Origin: Bdellovibrionota bacterium
GTDB taxonomy: Bacteria; Bdellovibrionota_C; UBA2361; JBGSMV01
Direction: 5' to 3'
Length of the DNA: 55,395 nt
Assembly: GCA_041739995.1 (NCBI GenBank)
Contig: JBGSMV010000025.1
Span: forward strand, 1-55,395
Position numbers and translations under genes: made by a program. Under the pieces are notes generated by a model that saw only the letters and a list, made by a program, of their open reading frames with translations, was not told where the DNA came from and did not search any database. Below, one piece after another: positions 18,595-28,464 of this stretch; the stretch's first letter is position 1; each line of letters begins with the position of its first letter.

Positions 18595-20970
18595 TTGGGC
18601 TTTGGTTGCACTGATCTGTCAGAACCCGTGAACGGTTACGCTTGTTCAAACACTTCAGTGTCGGACCCTACTGTGAGCGATTCTTCGACAAATTCCCCCT
18701 CCATCACCGCTCCAGTCACTGGCTGGGCAACTCACCTGTTTTCAGCAGCCATCTCGCTCGTCCTATTTGGATTACTGACCAGCACAGCCCGCGTGTGGCA
18801 ATCTAACGGGCCGCTTCTGATCCCGTCTGGATCCTACACCTTACTGCCAGCGCTCGTGTTGCTTGGGCTCGCCTTGTTCATTCGTCGGCGCTCTCCGCAA
18901 CGACTCTCCCTTAGCCCTGAGGGTTTCTCACTCGGACTCTTACTCTTGTTCGTGAGTGATTGGTTCGATCGAAGTTATAATTTCTTTCCTAATCCTTCGG
19001 TACGAGGAGAGATTCTACTTGGTGCTCTGATCTTTGCGCTTCTACCCGCACGCTTTCGGTACAAGACGATAATCGCCGCCCTTCCGCTATCGATTCTACT
19101 TCTTGCGGGCGTTTTTCTGTCTGAGAGTCAAGGACGGCTGCTGTTCTCGGACGACCATCCTTCTTTTCTCCTGCGCCTGGCGTTACTTCGCGAACAGTTC
19201 CCAAAAATCCCTTTCTACTATCCATTTTGGAACGCTGGCCTTGATGCCAGAGACTTCTTTGCCACCGGCTCTCTTGGTGTTTTTCTTCTCTTCTCCCCCG
19301 TCATCTATCTCGCCGGACTCTCGAACCTGCTCGCAGGCCCGCTCTATAATATTCTGGTAGCCACGCTTCTGTTTGTGGTCGTGCCCATGTCCACGTTTTG
19401 GGCTGCTCGCTTCGAAGGACTTAAACCTATTGGCCAGGTCACCAGCGGCATTCTCTCATTATGTCTTGGCCTGGTGTGGTACCGCTGGGCACTCAAATAC
19501 GGAACCATGGGCTTTGTACTGGCCGCTGCGCTTACTCCCTTAAACTTCTCGCTGGCCTTGAGCCTGCTTGATTTGGAGCTTAGAAAGCCGTGGCGTAAAG
19601 CTCTCCTGTTTGTAGTCACCAGCTCTCTGATGCTGTTCTGGAGTCCTTCTGGGTTAGTCTTCGTCCCAGTCATTCTGACAGCTCTGGTGGTGGTCGCACG
19701 ACGCGTCCTTGCGGGGCATAGAAAACCTTTGGCAACGCCTACCCTTGTCGCGGGGGCTTTGCTTATCGCCATCAACATTCCTTGGATGAGTCTCTTCTGG
19801 TCAGTTTCAAATGTCGGGCGCTTCCTTGAGAGCTCTTCCGCTACGCCGACCACCGCTTCGTACTCCCAAGCTGCCGCCCCTGCCGACACTGCACCGCTCA
19901 GCAGCGCCTCACTAGACGCCCCTTCGCGCGAAGTCCCAGCCGCAAATGCGCATCGGGGAACACGACACCGCGAGGGCAAGATAGACTTGCAAAAGAGCAT
20001 GTCACTCATTCGCGAAAAGGCTTTCTCGACTAACCCACTTTTGATTTTCCTCGCGATTCCAGGGTTCTTACTCCTCAGAAAGCGTTCCATGTACACCTTG
20101 CTCACTACTAGCGCGTGGTTGATTTTTCTCGGCGCAATACTAGTGCCACTTAAACCTCAACTAGAACTTGACAGAATGCTGGTGGTTTTAAGCATGTTGC
20201 TGTGCCTTCCTGCTGGAGCTGCTGCAAGTGAATTACTTTCAAGTCAACGCCAGGGAGCATGGGTCAAGGCTCTTGTCGCAGGCTTTCTCTTTGCTTCACC
20301 GCTGTGTACTGCCGCCGTACTCTCCAATCGCACGGTGGACCAATATCACTTCGCTGGCCCGCTCGTGCGAAATTTAGCAAATGCCATCAAAGATCTCGGG
20401 GGAGCAGGAAGAACTGTGTTTGCCGGCTGCATCGTCCATGAACTTGAAGAGGGCCACATCGCGCCGCTGACCCTTATGAGTGGCAAAGAGCTCGTCGCTT
20501 CAGCTCCTTTTCATACCCTATGGCGCTATACTCAAGTAATCCCAAAAAGCTTTATGGAACGTGGCGACGCAGGCATTGAGGACTTTTTCATTTTGATGAA
20601 TGCAACCTCGGTCGTCGCGCATGAACGTGAATGGAGAGATTACTTCTCTGCTCGCCCTGAGCAGTACCGTTTGGCATGGCGCGAGGACCGCTTTTCTCTA
20701 TTCGAGCGTGTTTTGGCAGTGGATCAACCCTTCGCTTCAGGCAGTGGAACTCTCGTTGAGCGCAGAACTGCCGGGCTGGAAGTGCGAGTTGCTTCAGAGA
20801 GTGCGGTGCTAAAATACAACTACTTTCCGTTCCTTGAGGCACAAGGTTGTGAAATTTTCCCTGCTCAAGTCGCTCCAGAGTTACAGTTCATTGGCCTAAG
20901 AAACTGCCCAAAAGATACGGACATTCTCATTGAGGCAGGCTCTCCCCTGAAGAGGCTTGGCGCTCCATGA
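18595..20970 (+). CDS. Large polytopic membrane protein, probable GT-C-fold glycosyltransferase (PTPS-related membrane domain-like)
   Basis: 791 aa ORF; true start may be a later GTG such as 18673. SDDHPSF...YYPFWNAG loop after the N-terminal TMs, more than 10 TMs, soluble C-terminus. Confidence 0.65.
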   Translation: MGFGCTDLSEPVNGYACSNTSVSDPTVSDSSTNSPSITAPVTGWATHLFSAAISLVLFGLLTSTARVWQSNGPLLIPSGSYTLLPALVLLGLALFIRRRSPQRLSLSPEGFSLGLLLLFVSDWFDRSYNFFPNPSVRGEILLGALIFALLPARFRYKTIIAALPLSILLLAGVFLSESQGRLLFSDDHPSFLLRLALLREQFPKIPFYYPFWNAGLDARDFFATGSLGVFLLFSPVIYLAGLSNLLAGPLYNILVATLLFVVVPMSTFWAARFEGLKPIGQVTSGILSLCLGLVWYRWALKYGTMGFVLAAALTPLNFSLALSLLDLELRKPWRKALLFVVTSSLMLFWSPSGLVFVPVILTALVVVARRVLAGHRKPLATPTLVAGALLIAINIPWMSLFWSVSNVGRFLESSSATPTTASYSQAAAPADTAPLSSASLDAPSREVPAANAHRGTRHREGKIDLQKSMSLIREKAFSTNPLLIFLAIPGFLLLRKRSMYTLLTTSAWLIFLGAILVPLKPQLELDRMLVVLSMLLCLPAGAAASELLSSQRQGAWVKALVAGFLFASPLCTAAVLSNRTVDQYHFAGPLVRNLANAIKDLGGAGRTVFAGCIVHELEEGHIAPLTLMSGKELVASAPFHTLWRYTQVIPKSFMERGDAGIEDFFILMNATSVVAHEREWRDYFSARPEQYRLAWREDRFSLFERVLAVDQPFASGSGTLVERRTAGLEVRVASESAVLKYNYFPFLEAQGCEIFPAQVAPELQFIGLRNCPKDTDILIEAGSPLKRLGAP

Positions 20971-22862
20971 CGAGACTTTGGCAAACAGTCCTCGCACTAC
21001 TATGCGGCTCCGTAACTACGCTATTCGGCGCTCTCGCTATCGTCCCTACGATCATCTTGCCGAACTTCCGCAGCGATTGTCTCCCCGGCAACGAGGCAAC
21101 CTTGCTGCTTGGCCGCACGCTTGGCGTATGGTGCCCGGCAAGCGATCCCATCACCAACGCTTTCTACCTGTGGCGAACTTCCCCACTCACCGAGCTGCTA
21201 CACCGAACCTTTTTTCAAGACTCCGCGTTTACCTCCTTCGAGTTCATGTTTGGAACCCTAGTCCTTTTCCTCGGCCTTTGGGGACTCACCAGAATATCCT
21301 TGCGCACAACCGATCAAACGGGCGCAACACTTTTTAAGACCGAAGCGACTAGTGTGCTTACTGCACTTTTTGGCGCCCTTTCTTGCGCCGTATTGTACGG
21401 TCACGATCGAACAGCATTCGCGGCCATTAGCTGGTTCCCGCTCCTTCTTACTGCAGTGCTGTCAGCACGCGCCGCGCCTTCACCGATCTTATCGCCAGCC
21501 TCATCGCCGTTCGGGCTAAAGCTCGCACTGATTGTGCTCGCTTCGATGTTCCTATCGTTCAGTGCAAATCAGCTCTCGCTTTTACTATGCGCCTCGGTTC
21601 TGCTGTTTGCCGTATGCCTGTCTCGAAATTGCTCGAAGTCTTCATACGGTTCCTTATTAATCGCCACAGCAACGCTGCTTCCTGCTTTGATTTCCCTGTG
21701 TCTGATTCCTGAAACTCCAACGCCATGGTATCCGCAGGGAAGTCAGGTCGTACCAGATGATGAAATCCCCGGAATGCTGCGCCCTTTCTTTGGTCCACTA
21801 CCCCCAGTTCCATTCATTGATAGATGGGCATTGCGCGCTGACTATCTCTCATCGTTTCACGTCATCTTGATTGCGCTCTTTGCCGCACTAGCGCTTAGTC
21901 GCCGCTTTTCCGTCTCTGCTGCGCGAGTACTTCTGCTGTGTGGGACACCGGTCGCGCTGTTGTTCTTTGACCTTAGAATGCCTGAACCGGTCAGCATTAT
22001 TTCCCCGCTTTTGGTGCTTCCGCGTATCATCCCCAATCTATTTTTTGTTCCTCTTGAACACACGGTGATTGGGCTTGCAGCCTTAGGGCTGCTCATCGCT
22101 ACCGCTTCAGCGCATCGCACACTTGGGCTAGTCGCCGCTCCGCTTCTTGGAGTTATTTCTCTGCTAGTTCTCAGCACTCCCACCACCGAGCCCTCTTCCA
22201 CTCTCGATCAGGCGCACCCAGTATCGGAGCGTCACCAGCTACTGCTGAGATCTCCTTCACAGTTCGCACTCCGTGCCCATCATTGGAACGCGCTTGGGCT
22301 AGACAGGAATTGGATTCTTGAGAGAGAAGATCTCATTCGCAATGCGCACTTTACTAGAGTTTCTAAGGACTCTGCTGAGGTTACCGCCTCTCATCACCCA
22401 GAACTCTCACGCCTCATGATTGACGGGCGCTCAAAGACACGCTGGACCGCTGGCGGTGGCAGTCAGAAGGGCGGCGAGTGGGTTTCGGTGCGCTTCTCTA
22501 CTCCGCTAAAGCTTGATGGCGTTGAGCTGTTTCTCGGAGATTATGTAACCGACTTCCCTCGCGGACTAAGAGTGAGAGGCGCAGAAACCTGTGACGCGCT
22601 CGGTACGCCTGATTCTATAGAAGCTTCTGGTGTAGTGGTTGTTGAATCCCCTGCCTGGTACGGCGGATTGGACTTCACCGCTCAAGGCTATCCGTACTTT
22701 CGAGGAAGACATTCAATGCGGCTGTTCTTCCCGTCTTCAGAAGATTTCCAGTGCCTGGTGTTTGAGCAGATCGGAGAAAGTGATGGCACAGACTGGTCGA
22801 TTGCTGAGTTGCGGATTCTTGAAAGCGGTAAAGCTGATATTGTTTCAGACGCTGATGCCTAG
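20967..22862 (+). CDS. Polytopic membrane protein with a C-terminal F5/8 type C (discoidin/CBM32-like) domain
   Basis: ATGA overlap with the upstream gene; many TMs; C-terminal MIDGRSKTRW...GEWVSVRF...WSIAELRI. Confidence 0.75.
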   Translation: MTRLWQTVLALLCGSVTTLFGALAIVPTIILPNFRSDCLPGNEATLLLGRTLGVWCPASDPITNAFYLWRTSPLTELLHRTFFQDSAFTSFEFMFGTLVLFLGLWGLTRISLRTTDQTGATLFKTEATSVLTALFGALSCAVLYGHDRTAFAAISWFPLLLTAVLSARAAPSPILSPASSPFGLKLALIVLASMFLSFSANQLSLLLCASVLLFAVCLSRNCSKSSYGSLLIATATLLPALISLCLIPETPTPWYPQGSQVVPDDEIPGMLRPFFGPLPPVPFIDRWALRADYLSSFHVILIALFAALALSRRFSVSAARVLLLCGTPVALLFFDLRMPEPVSIISPLLVLPRIIPNLFFVPLEHTVIGLAALGLLIATASAHRTLGLVAAPLLGVISLLVLSTPTTEPSSTLDQAHPVSERHQLLLRSPSQFALRAHHWNALGLDRNWILEREDLIRNAHFTRVSKDSAEVTASHHPELSRLMIDGRSKTRWTAGGGSQKGGEWVSVRFSTPLKLDGVELFLGDYVTDFPRGLRVRGAETCDALGTPDSIEASGVVVVESPAWYGGLDFTAQGYPYFRGRHSMRLFFPSSEDFQCLVFEQIGESDGTDWSIAELRILESGKADIVSDADA

Positions 22863-23021
22863 CGACATACCGTCGACTCCTACCGGGGCGGTCAGCTGAT
22901 CTCAATAGTTCTATGGCCTCCGCTTCCGTGGCTAACGACCCGTGAGCGCACTATTCACCCATCAGCCCATATGCCCCTCGATTCAAAACGAAGGCGACTC
23001 CTCTCTTGGCCTCCTGCCACA

Positions 23022-24944
23022 TTAGGACAACCCAAGAACTGCCCCTGACTTAGTGTCGATATCAACTTCCATAAAAGCTCCGCGTGGCGGAAGTCCTGGC
23101 ATGGTGCGCATCTCTCCAACGAGTGGATAAATGAAGCCTGCTCCCACGGCCGCGCGCATGTCGCGAATCGGTAGTACAAATCCACTCGGCGCATTCTTAA
23201 GTTTTGGATCGGCAGAAAACGAAAGGTGGGTTTTCGCCATACAGATAGGAATTCTATCGTACCCGAGTTTTGTAAACAGTTCGATCTTTCTCTTAGCCTC
23301 TGGGGAGAACTCAACAGATGCCGCGCCGTAAGACTCAGCAATGGCACTGATCTTATCGACGATGCTGTCTTTCAAAGAGTAAAGCGGTTTAAGTTTTGAT
23401 TTAATCTTGCTTGCCGCAACAACCGCATGCGCGAGTTGCTCAGCTCCCGCACCGCCTCTGGCGAAATGAAAAGTAGGGACTGCGGTGATGGCGCCTGCAG
23501 CCAGGGCATGACGTTTGACTATCTCAAACTCATTTTGTGTATCGTTTGCAAAGGCATTAATCGCCACTACTACCGGACAGCCGTAGCCAGCAGCATTCTT
23601 TACGTGTCGAACGAGATTTGGAATTCCAGCCTCCAAAAGCTCTAGATTCTCGTGGATATATGCTGAGTCTAGCGGCTTTCCTGGAGTAACTTTAGGTCCA
23701 CCGCCATGCATCTTAAGTGCTCTAATGGTAGCAACGAGCACGATGCAATCCGGTGCCATACCAGAGGCCCGGCATTTTAAATTAATAAATTTTTCAAGGC
23801 CGATGTCTGCACCGAATCCAGCCTCGGTTACGACAAAATCACCAAGGGCCAGGGCGATTTGATCCGCTACAATCGAAGAGTTTCCGTGAGCGATATTCGC
23901 AAATGGTCCGGTATGTATAAATGCTGGTGTGCCCTCAAGAGTTTGCATCAGGGTGGGCTGCAAAGCGTCCTTGAGAAGCACTGCGACGGAGCCTGCCACC
24001 CCGAGGTCATCAGCGGTCAACGGCTCACCACTCCGATTAGTGGCAAAAACAACGCGGCCAATCCTGGCGCGCATATCCGCAAGCGAATGAGAGAGCCCGA
24101 GGATTGCCATAAACTCGCTGGCCACGCTGATATCGAACCCACTTTTGCGTGCATAACCAAGCTCTTCAGGCCCTAGCCCGATCTCAATTCCCCGCAGCAT
24201 GCGATCATTAACATCAATGATTCGATTCCAACTTATAGACTGCGGATCGATATCAAGCCGAACTAGTCGGCTTCTTTCTTCGGCAGAGAGCTGCTCGGGA
24301 TCGCGCGTCTTAATCCCAAATTTCTTCATGCGCGCAAACAGTCCGCGCGGAAACCTCCGCTTACCATCGCTCCCTCTCGGCAAGATCGCATTAAACAACT
24401 TGTCATCCGTGTCGTTGAGATGCTCGTGAATTATCCGCGCGTCGATAGCTGCAGCCATCAAATTATGCGCAGCGGTTACCGCATGAATATCGCCGGTAAG
24501 ATGGAGGTTCATCTCCTCCATCGGAATAACTTGACTGTATCCCCCACCTGCCGCACCTCCCTTGATACCAAACGTCGGGCCCTGTGACGGCTGGCGGATA
24601 CATGCGAAGGCCTTGTATCCAAGATGAGCTCCAAGGCTCTGAGCTAAACCAACAGTTGTTGTGGTCTTTCCCTCGCCGAGCGGAGTCGGCGTTATCGCGG
24701 TGACAACCACATACTTACCAGGTTTTCGTTTCGCCAACCGCTCTCGAACAGACAAGCTCACTTTGGCTTTGAACCTGCCGTAGTTCTCGACTTCAGTATC
24801 TCTAAGACCGATCTGATCGGCGAGCACAGACACTGGCTTCGGTTTAGCTGCCTGTGAGATCAGTATGTCTGCGGGGACTGGGCTAATCAGTTTGAGTTTT
24901 AAGTAACCAGTACTTCTGGATTTACTAGATTGCTTCTTATTCAT
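23022..24944 (-). CDS. fhs: Formate--tetrahydrofolate ligase, eukaryote/plant-like long form
   Basis: [63 protein letters not shown]. Start taken at ATG 24944. Confidence 0.95.
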   Translation of the reverse strand: MNKKQSSKSRSTGYLKLKLISPVPADILISQAAKPKPVSVLADQIGLRDTEVENYGRFKAKVSLSVRERLAKRKPGKYVVVTAITPTPLGEGKTTTTVGLAQSLGAHLGYKAFACIRQPSQGPTFGIKGGAAGGGYSQVIPMEEMNLHLTGDIHAVTAAHNLMAAAIDARIIHEHLNDTDDKLFNAILPRGSDGKRRFPRGLFARMKKFGIKTRDPEQLSAEERSRLVRLDIDPQSISWNRIIDVNDRMLRGIEIGLGPEELGYARKSGFDISVASEFMAILGLSHSLADMRARIGRVVFATNRSGEPLTADDLGVAGSVAVLLKDALQPTLMQTLEGTPAFIHTGPFANIAHGNSSIVADQIALALGDFVVTEAGFGADIGLEKFINLKCRASGMAPDCIVLVATIRALKMHGGGPKVTPGKPLDSAYIHENLELLEAGIPNLVRHVKNAAGYGCPVVVAINAFANDTQNEFEIVKRHALAAGAITAVPTFHFARGGAGAEQLAHAVVAASKIKSKLKPLYSLKDSIVDKISAIAESYGAASVEFSPEAKRKIELFTKLGYDRIPICMAKTHLSFSADPKLKNAPSGFVLPIRDMRAAVGAGFIYPLVGEMRTMPGLPPRGAFMEVDIDTKSGAVLGLS

Positions 24945-25324
24945 TGGTGGCACCGTACTGCGACGCAGACGTGCGAGCAAACGACTTTAGGCGATACGAC
25001 TTTTATCACCCAGACCGGACAGTTTGAACCGCTCAGAAGTGAAATCAACTACGCCCCACGAAAGGCGCACCGGTGTTTAAAGGACGGCGAAGTGGTTGTG
25101 ACGGCCCAACTTTTTAACCATGGCTCGTGTGGTAAAAAACGCGCGGAACTCATAGAAATTACTGAGAAAGTTTCTATTGTTTGCGTCACTGCACTCAGAA
25201 TCGCCTTCGGTTATACAGGTGGGCGTGCTTCCACGGCCCTGGCGCCGCCCAACATCGCGCGCCTCTACAAGCTCGGGGGTCTCCGGCTCTCCAATACCCT
25301 GTCTTGCACAGCGGACGGGCCTTA

Positions 25325-25432
25325 ACTGCTCAAGGCTATCAGTATTTTAAAGGAAGGTACTCCATGCGACTGTTCTTCCCAACTGCCGAGAAGTTCCAAT
25401 GCCTCGTGTTTGAGCAGATCGGAGAAGGTGAT
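25325..25432 (+). pseudogene. Diverged 108-bp copy of the 3' coding part (22677-22784) of the discoidin-domain gene
   Basis: TAQGYQYFKGRYSMRLFFPTAEKFQCLVFEQIGEGD versus TAQGYPYFRGRHSMRLFFPSSEDFQCLVFEQIGESD; by hand 88/108 nt and 29/36 aa identical. Confidence 0.85.
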
Positions 25433-25750
25433 TGGGTTGTTACTTCGAAGCTCAAGGAATTGTTTGAGAGAGGAATTTAAGAAGGACCAAAAGATTTCCT
25501 TTTGAGAGACATATGCGTAAGGACGAACTAAGCTTAACAGCAAAAACGTTCTCGGCTTTTTGGCACCTATAGAATTCTTCTCTCCGCCGAGCAGACGCGA
25601 GGCCAAGCAACAAATGGTAAGCAACATGAAATGAAACAGAAAAATGGCCGCCCCGGTCCATCTTTCAAGAAACCAAAAATATGATTCTTCATACCCGCTC
25701 AGCCTCAAACTCGCTAAAGTTATGTTACACACTATACAAGGGTCAGTCGC

Positions 25751-27025
25751 GTGACACGTAACAACGAAGAATTTGACTGTGACGTGTTGGTCGTAGGCGC
25801 CGGCATTGCAGGACTCTATCTTGCATCATTGCTCGTGGAACGTGGTCTTACGCCGGTTGTACTTGAAGCACGCGATCGCATCGGGGGAAGAATTCATTCC
25901 GTACGGATAGGTGACGACCTCTTCGAGTACGGCGCTGAAATGGTGCATGGTCTTTCGTCGTCGGTGTGGCCGCTCGCCCGAAAAGCTGGACTTACCACCG
26001 TACTCGGACCGAATCTTCACTCCTACTGTGCAGAGGGGCGCTTTCATGGGCACGATAGCGACTTCGCAAAGGAGATAGATAATGTCTTCGAAAAACTTGG
26101 GCTACTCTACAAGGAGCCCCTTTCTCTCTACGACGCATTGGAGCGAATTGCTCCTCATCCACATACTGCAGCAATGCGCCTCATCACAAGAATGTTGATT
26201 TCGCTCGAAGGAGTGTCAGGAGAACATCCTGATGAATTATTAAGCGTGCAGGGGCTTGAGTGGAAAGGCAGTGAAGATTCATTCCTGCCCGAGAATCATT
26301 TAATAGTGGAGGGCTATCAGTCTCTCTGCACTAGCCTCCAGCGAGACCTAAACGCGCGTGGCGTGGCAGTACTTCTGAATAATGAAGTGAAACAGATCGC
26401 CTATAGTAACAACGCCTGTCAGGTTTCCACTATAGCGGCGACATATCACTCACGCACAGCAATTCTGACCATGCCGCTTGGAGTGCTTAAGGCAGGAGCG
26501 GTACGCTTCTCGCCTGAACTTCCTAAATCTCACGTTAACGCCATAGCGCATATCGGAATGAGCTCGCACGCCAAGCTCTTCCTGCGCTTCGCAAAAGTCT
26601 GCTGGCCGACAGACGGCTTCCTTGAAACGGATGGACTGATAGGCTCATGGTGGATGCGATCAGATCGCCCCATCATCACAAGTCTTACAGGCGGAAACCG
26701 CGCCGAAAAGCTTACCGCAATGTCTGCGCAGGAGCGTGAGGCGGTTGCCTTGCAAGAACTGAGCGCTGCTTTTGGTTCTGTGGTGAAACAAGAATATGTT
26801 GCGACCAGCTTCGTCGATTGGACCAGTGACCCGTTTAGTCGAGGAGGGTACTCCTATAATACAATGTCGACTGGGCATGCACGGCGTGCATTAGCGATGC
26901 CGTTGCAGAATGCTCTCTTCTTTGCGGGGGAGGCGACTTGTTTTGATGGTGACCATGGGACAGTTCATGGTGCGATTGACAGCGCCATGCGCTGTGCGGA
27001 CCAAGTTCTAGAAGTGTTTGCGTAG
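25751..27025 (+). CDS. Flavin monoamine oxidase family FAD-dependent oxidoreductase
   Basis: GAGIAG, LEARDRIGGRI, YGAEMVHG, WTSDPFSRGGYS, FFAGEAT, GTVHGA. Confidence 0.9.
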   Translation: MTRNNEEFDCDVLVVGAGIAGLYLASLLVERGLTPVVLEARDRIGGRIHSVRIGDDLFEYGAEMVHGLSSSVWPLARKAGLTTVLGPNLHSYCAEGRFHGHDSDFAKEIDNVFEKLGLLYKEPLSLYDALERIAPHPHTAAMRLITRMLISLEGVSGEHPDELLSVQGLEWKGSEDSFLPENHLIVEGYQSLCTSLQRDLNARGVAVLLNNEVKQIAYSNNACQVSTIAATYHSRTAILTMPLGVLKAGAVRFSPELPKSHVNAIAHIGMSSHAKLFLRFAKVCWPTDGFLETDGLIGSWWMRSDRPIITSLTGGNRAEKLTAMSAQEREAVALQELSAAFGSVVKQEYVATSFVDWTSDPFSRGGYSYNTMSTGHARRALAMPLQNALFFAGEATCFDGDHGTVHGAIDSAMRCADQVLEVFA

Positions 27026-27127
27026 TTTTTTTGCAGAAGACACCCGCACAGAATACCTACTGCTGTGGTAGGACTCATGATTCCTAGAAGGCCCTAACTA
27101 CGTTCCTGCATTAATTAACCCTGCTCT

Positions 27128-27568
27128 CTAGACCATCCAGCGAAAGGCCTCAGATGATGGGTCATTAGAAAGTTCATGTCCCGCTCCAGGAAGTTCCGTC
27201 AAATTTCCCAACCCAAAGGGAAACAACTTGAATACATGTTGAATAACTGAGAGCGGCACCGTCTTGTCCTCTTTGCCATGAACCAGGTGAACTGGAGTTC
27301 GAAGCTTTAAAAGCTGCTCTGGTAAGTTCCGCGAGTCGATATCCCCAATAAGCTCAGAACTAAGGCGAACCGGAACTCCTCCTACAGGAAAGTCGAAAGC
27401 TCCTTGCTGACGCCATTGGTCGACTAGTGCGCTCGGCACCATCTTCACTACACTTTGAAAACAGTCGATTACACTAGCTCGTCCAATAATCAGGTCGGCA
27501 TGGGGGCCTTCTCGGCAACTAGCAAGAATGGCTAGCTGCACTCCCGTTGAGGAACCGATGCAAACCAC
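27128..27568 (-). pseudogene. N-terminally truncated alpha/beta hydrolase
   Basis: Nucleophile motif GSSTG falls at residues 4-8; LVHGKEDKTVP and GAGH are present. There is an in-frame TAA just upstream and only ~115 bp before the nusB stop. Confidence 0.6.
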
Positions 27569-27682
27569 AGATACTTAGGATTGAAACAGAACAAATCCTC
27601 AGTTCAACTGCAGCGAGTTCAGGCTCAGGAGCGCTTCTCCCCCGTTAGTGACTCAAGCCCACCGCCGAGCAATCACTCAAGC

Positions 27683-28189
27683 CTATTCATTACTCGCAAG
27701 CTTCGTCTGAGCCCGCGCCGCTGCTACCTTTTTAGCAACTTGGTCAAGTACTCCATTGATGAACATAGGAGACTCATCGCTTCCAAAAGTCTTCGCCAAC
27801 TCAATCGCCTCATTGATAACGACATTCGGAGGCACGTCAGCCAGAAACAGCAGCTCAAATGCGGCGATGCGTAAGATGTTTCGATCCACTCGCGACATGC
27901 GCGCCACGCTCCAATGCGCAGAAGCAGAACCGAGTAGGCGATCGATTTCTTCTAGATGACTGATCACGCCATCCATCAGGACACAGGCAAACTCTCGATT
28001 TTCAAGTTCTCCCGAATGAATTTTTGATTCTGGTGCAACTTCCTCGTCAGCCTCTATCCGAGATTCGGCACCTTCAGGAAAGAAGTCCTGCATAAAATAG
28101 TCGAGTGCTTCGTGCCTGAAGTCGCACTGTGTATCGCACTGATAGAGCGCCTGTACGGCTGCCTCACGCGCTTTGCGTCGGCTCTTCAT
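27683..28189 (-). CDS. nusB: Transcription antitermination factor NusB
   Basis: RRKAREAAVQALYQ, WSVARMSRVDRNILR, INEAIELAK, FINGVLD. Confidence 0.95.
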   Translation of the reverse strand: MKSRRKAREAAVQALYQCDTQCDFRHEALDYFMQDFFPEGAESRIEADEEVAPESKIHSGELENREFACVLMDGVISHLEEIDRLLGSASAHWSVARMSRVDRNILRIAAFELLFLADVPPNVVINEAIELAKTFGSDESPMFINGVLDQVAKKVAAARAQTKLASNE

Positions 28190-28464
28190 TTACGATCCCC
28201 ATTTTCCCAAAGACTTGCGGCAAAAACGCTGCCTCACGGCCCACTTCAGAATCCACCAAGTCTTCGAACCACCAAAGAGCTCCACGAACAGGAGCCCTCC
28301 TCTCCCCTATTCCGTGGGTCGTCAAAAGTTGCTTCTGAAATTATTGCACTAAAAATACGCTGTCAAAACAGGGCATTAGCTGCGCGATCGGCCTCAATTC
28401 AAGGATAACGACGCTAGATGCGTCGATAAGAACCTCAAACAGTCAGTCCTATTGAAGTGACTAG

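Noticed and set aside
19344..20105. 253-aa minus-strand ORF and other long antisense ORFs inside large genes
   Set aside because: Fully nested antisense to well-supported CDSs, with composition mirroring the sense codons.
24945..25130. ZTP (pfl) or THF riboswitch upstream of fhs
   Set aside because: A CCGGTCTGGGT segment loosely resembles the ZTP 3' hairpin, but the 5' GACTGGCG/GGGGAG elements were not found.
22677..25432. Diversity-generating retroelement TR/VR pair (108-bp near-duplicate at the 3' end of a ligand-binding domain gene)
   Set aside because: The differences are not adenine-specific (for example ACC/ACT, TAC/TAT, CTG/CTC), many are synonymous, and there is no reverse transcriptase in the window.
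24930..25732. ORFs 24930..25325, 25181..25480, 25322..25732 and 25452..25661 as real genes
   Set aside because: Mutually overlapping, with no clear SD or family motifs; only the 108-bp duplicated fragment is supportable.
28240..28292. Third, inverted copy of the mfd-flanking repeat (CCACCAAG / CCACCAAAG / CCACGAA) upstream of nusB
   Set aside because: Only short words match; the spacing and flanks do not align.
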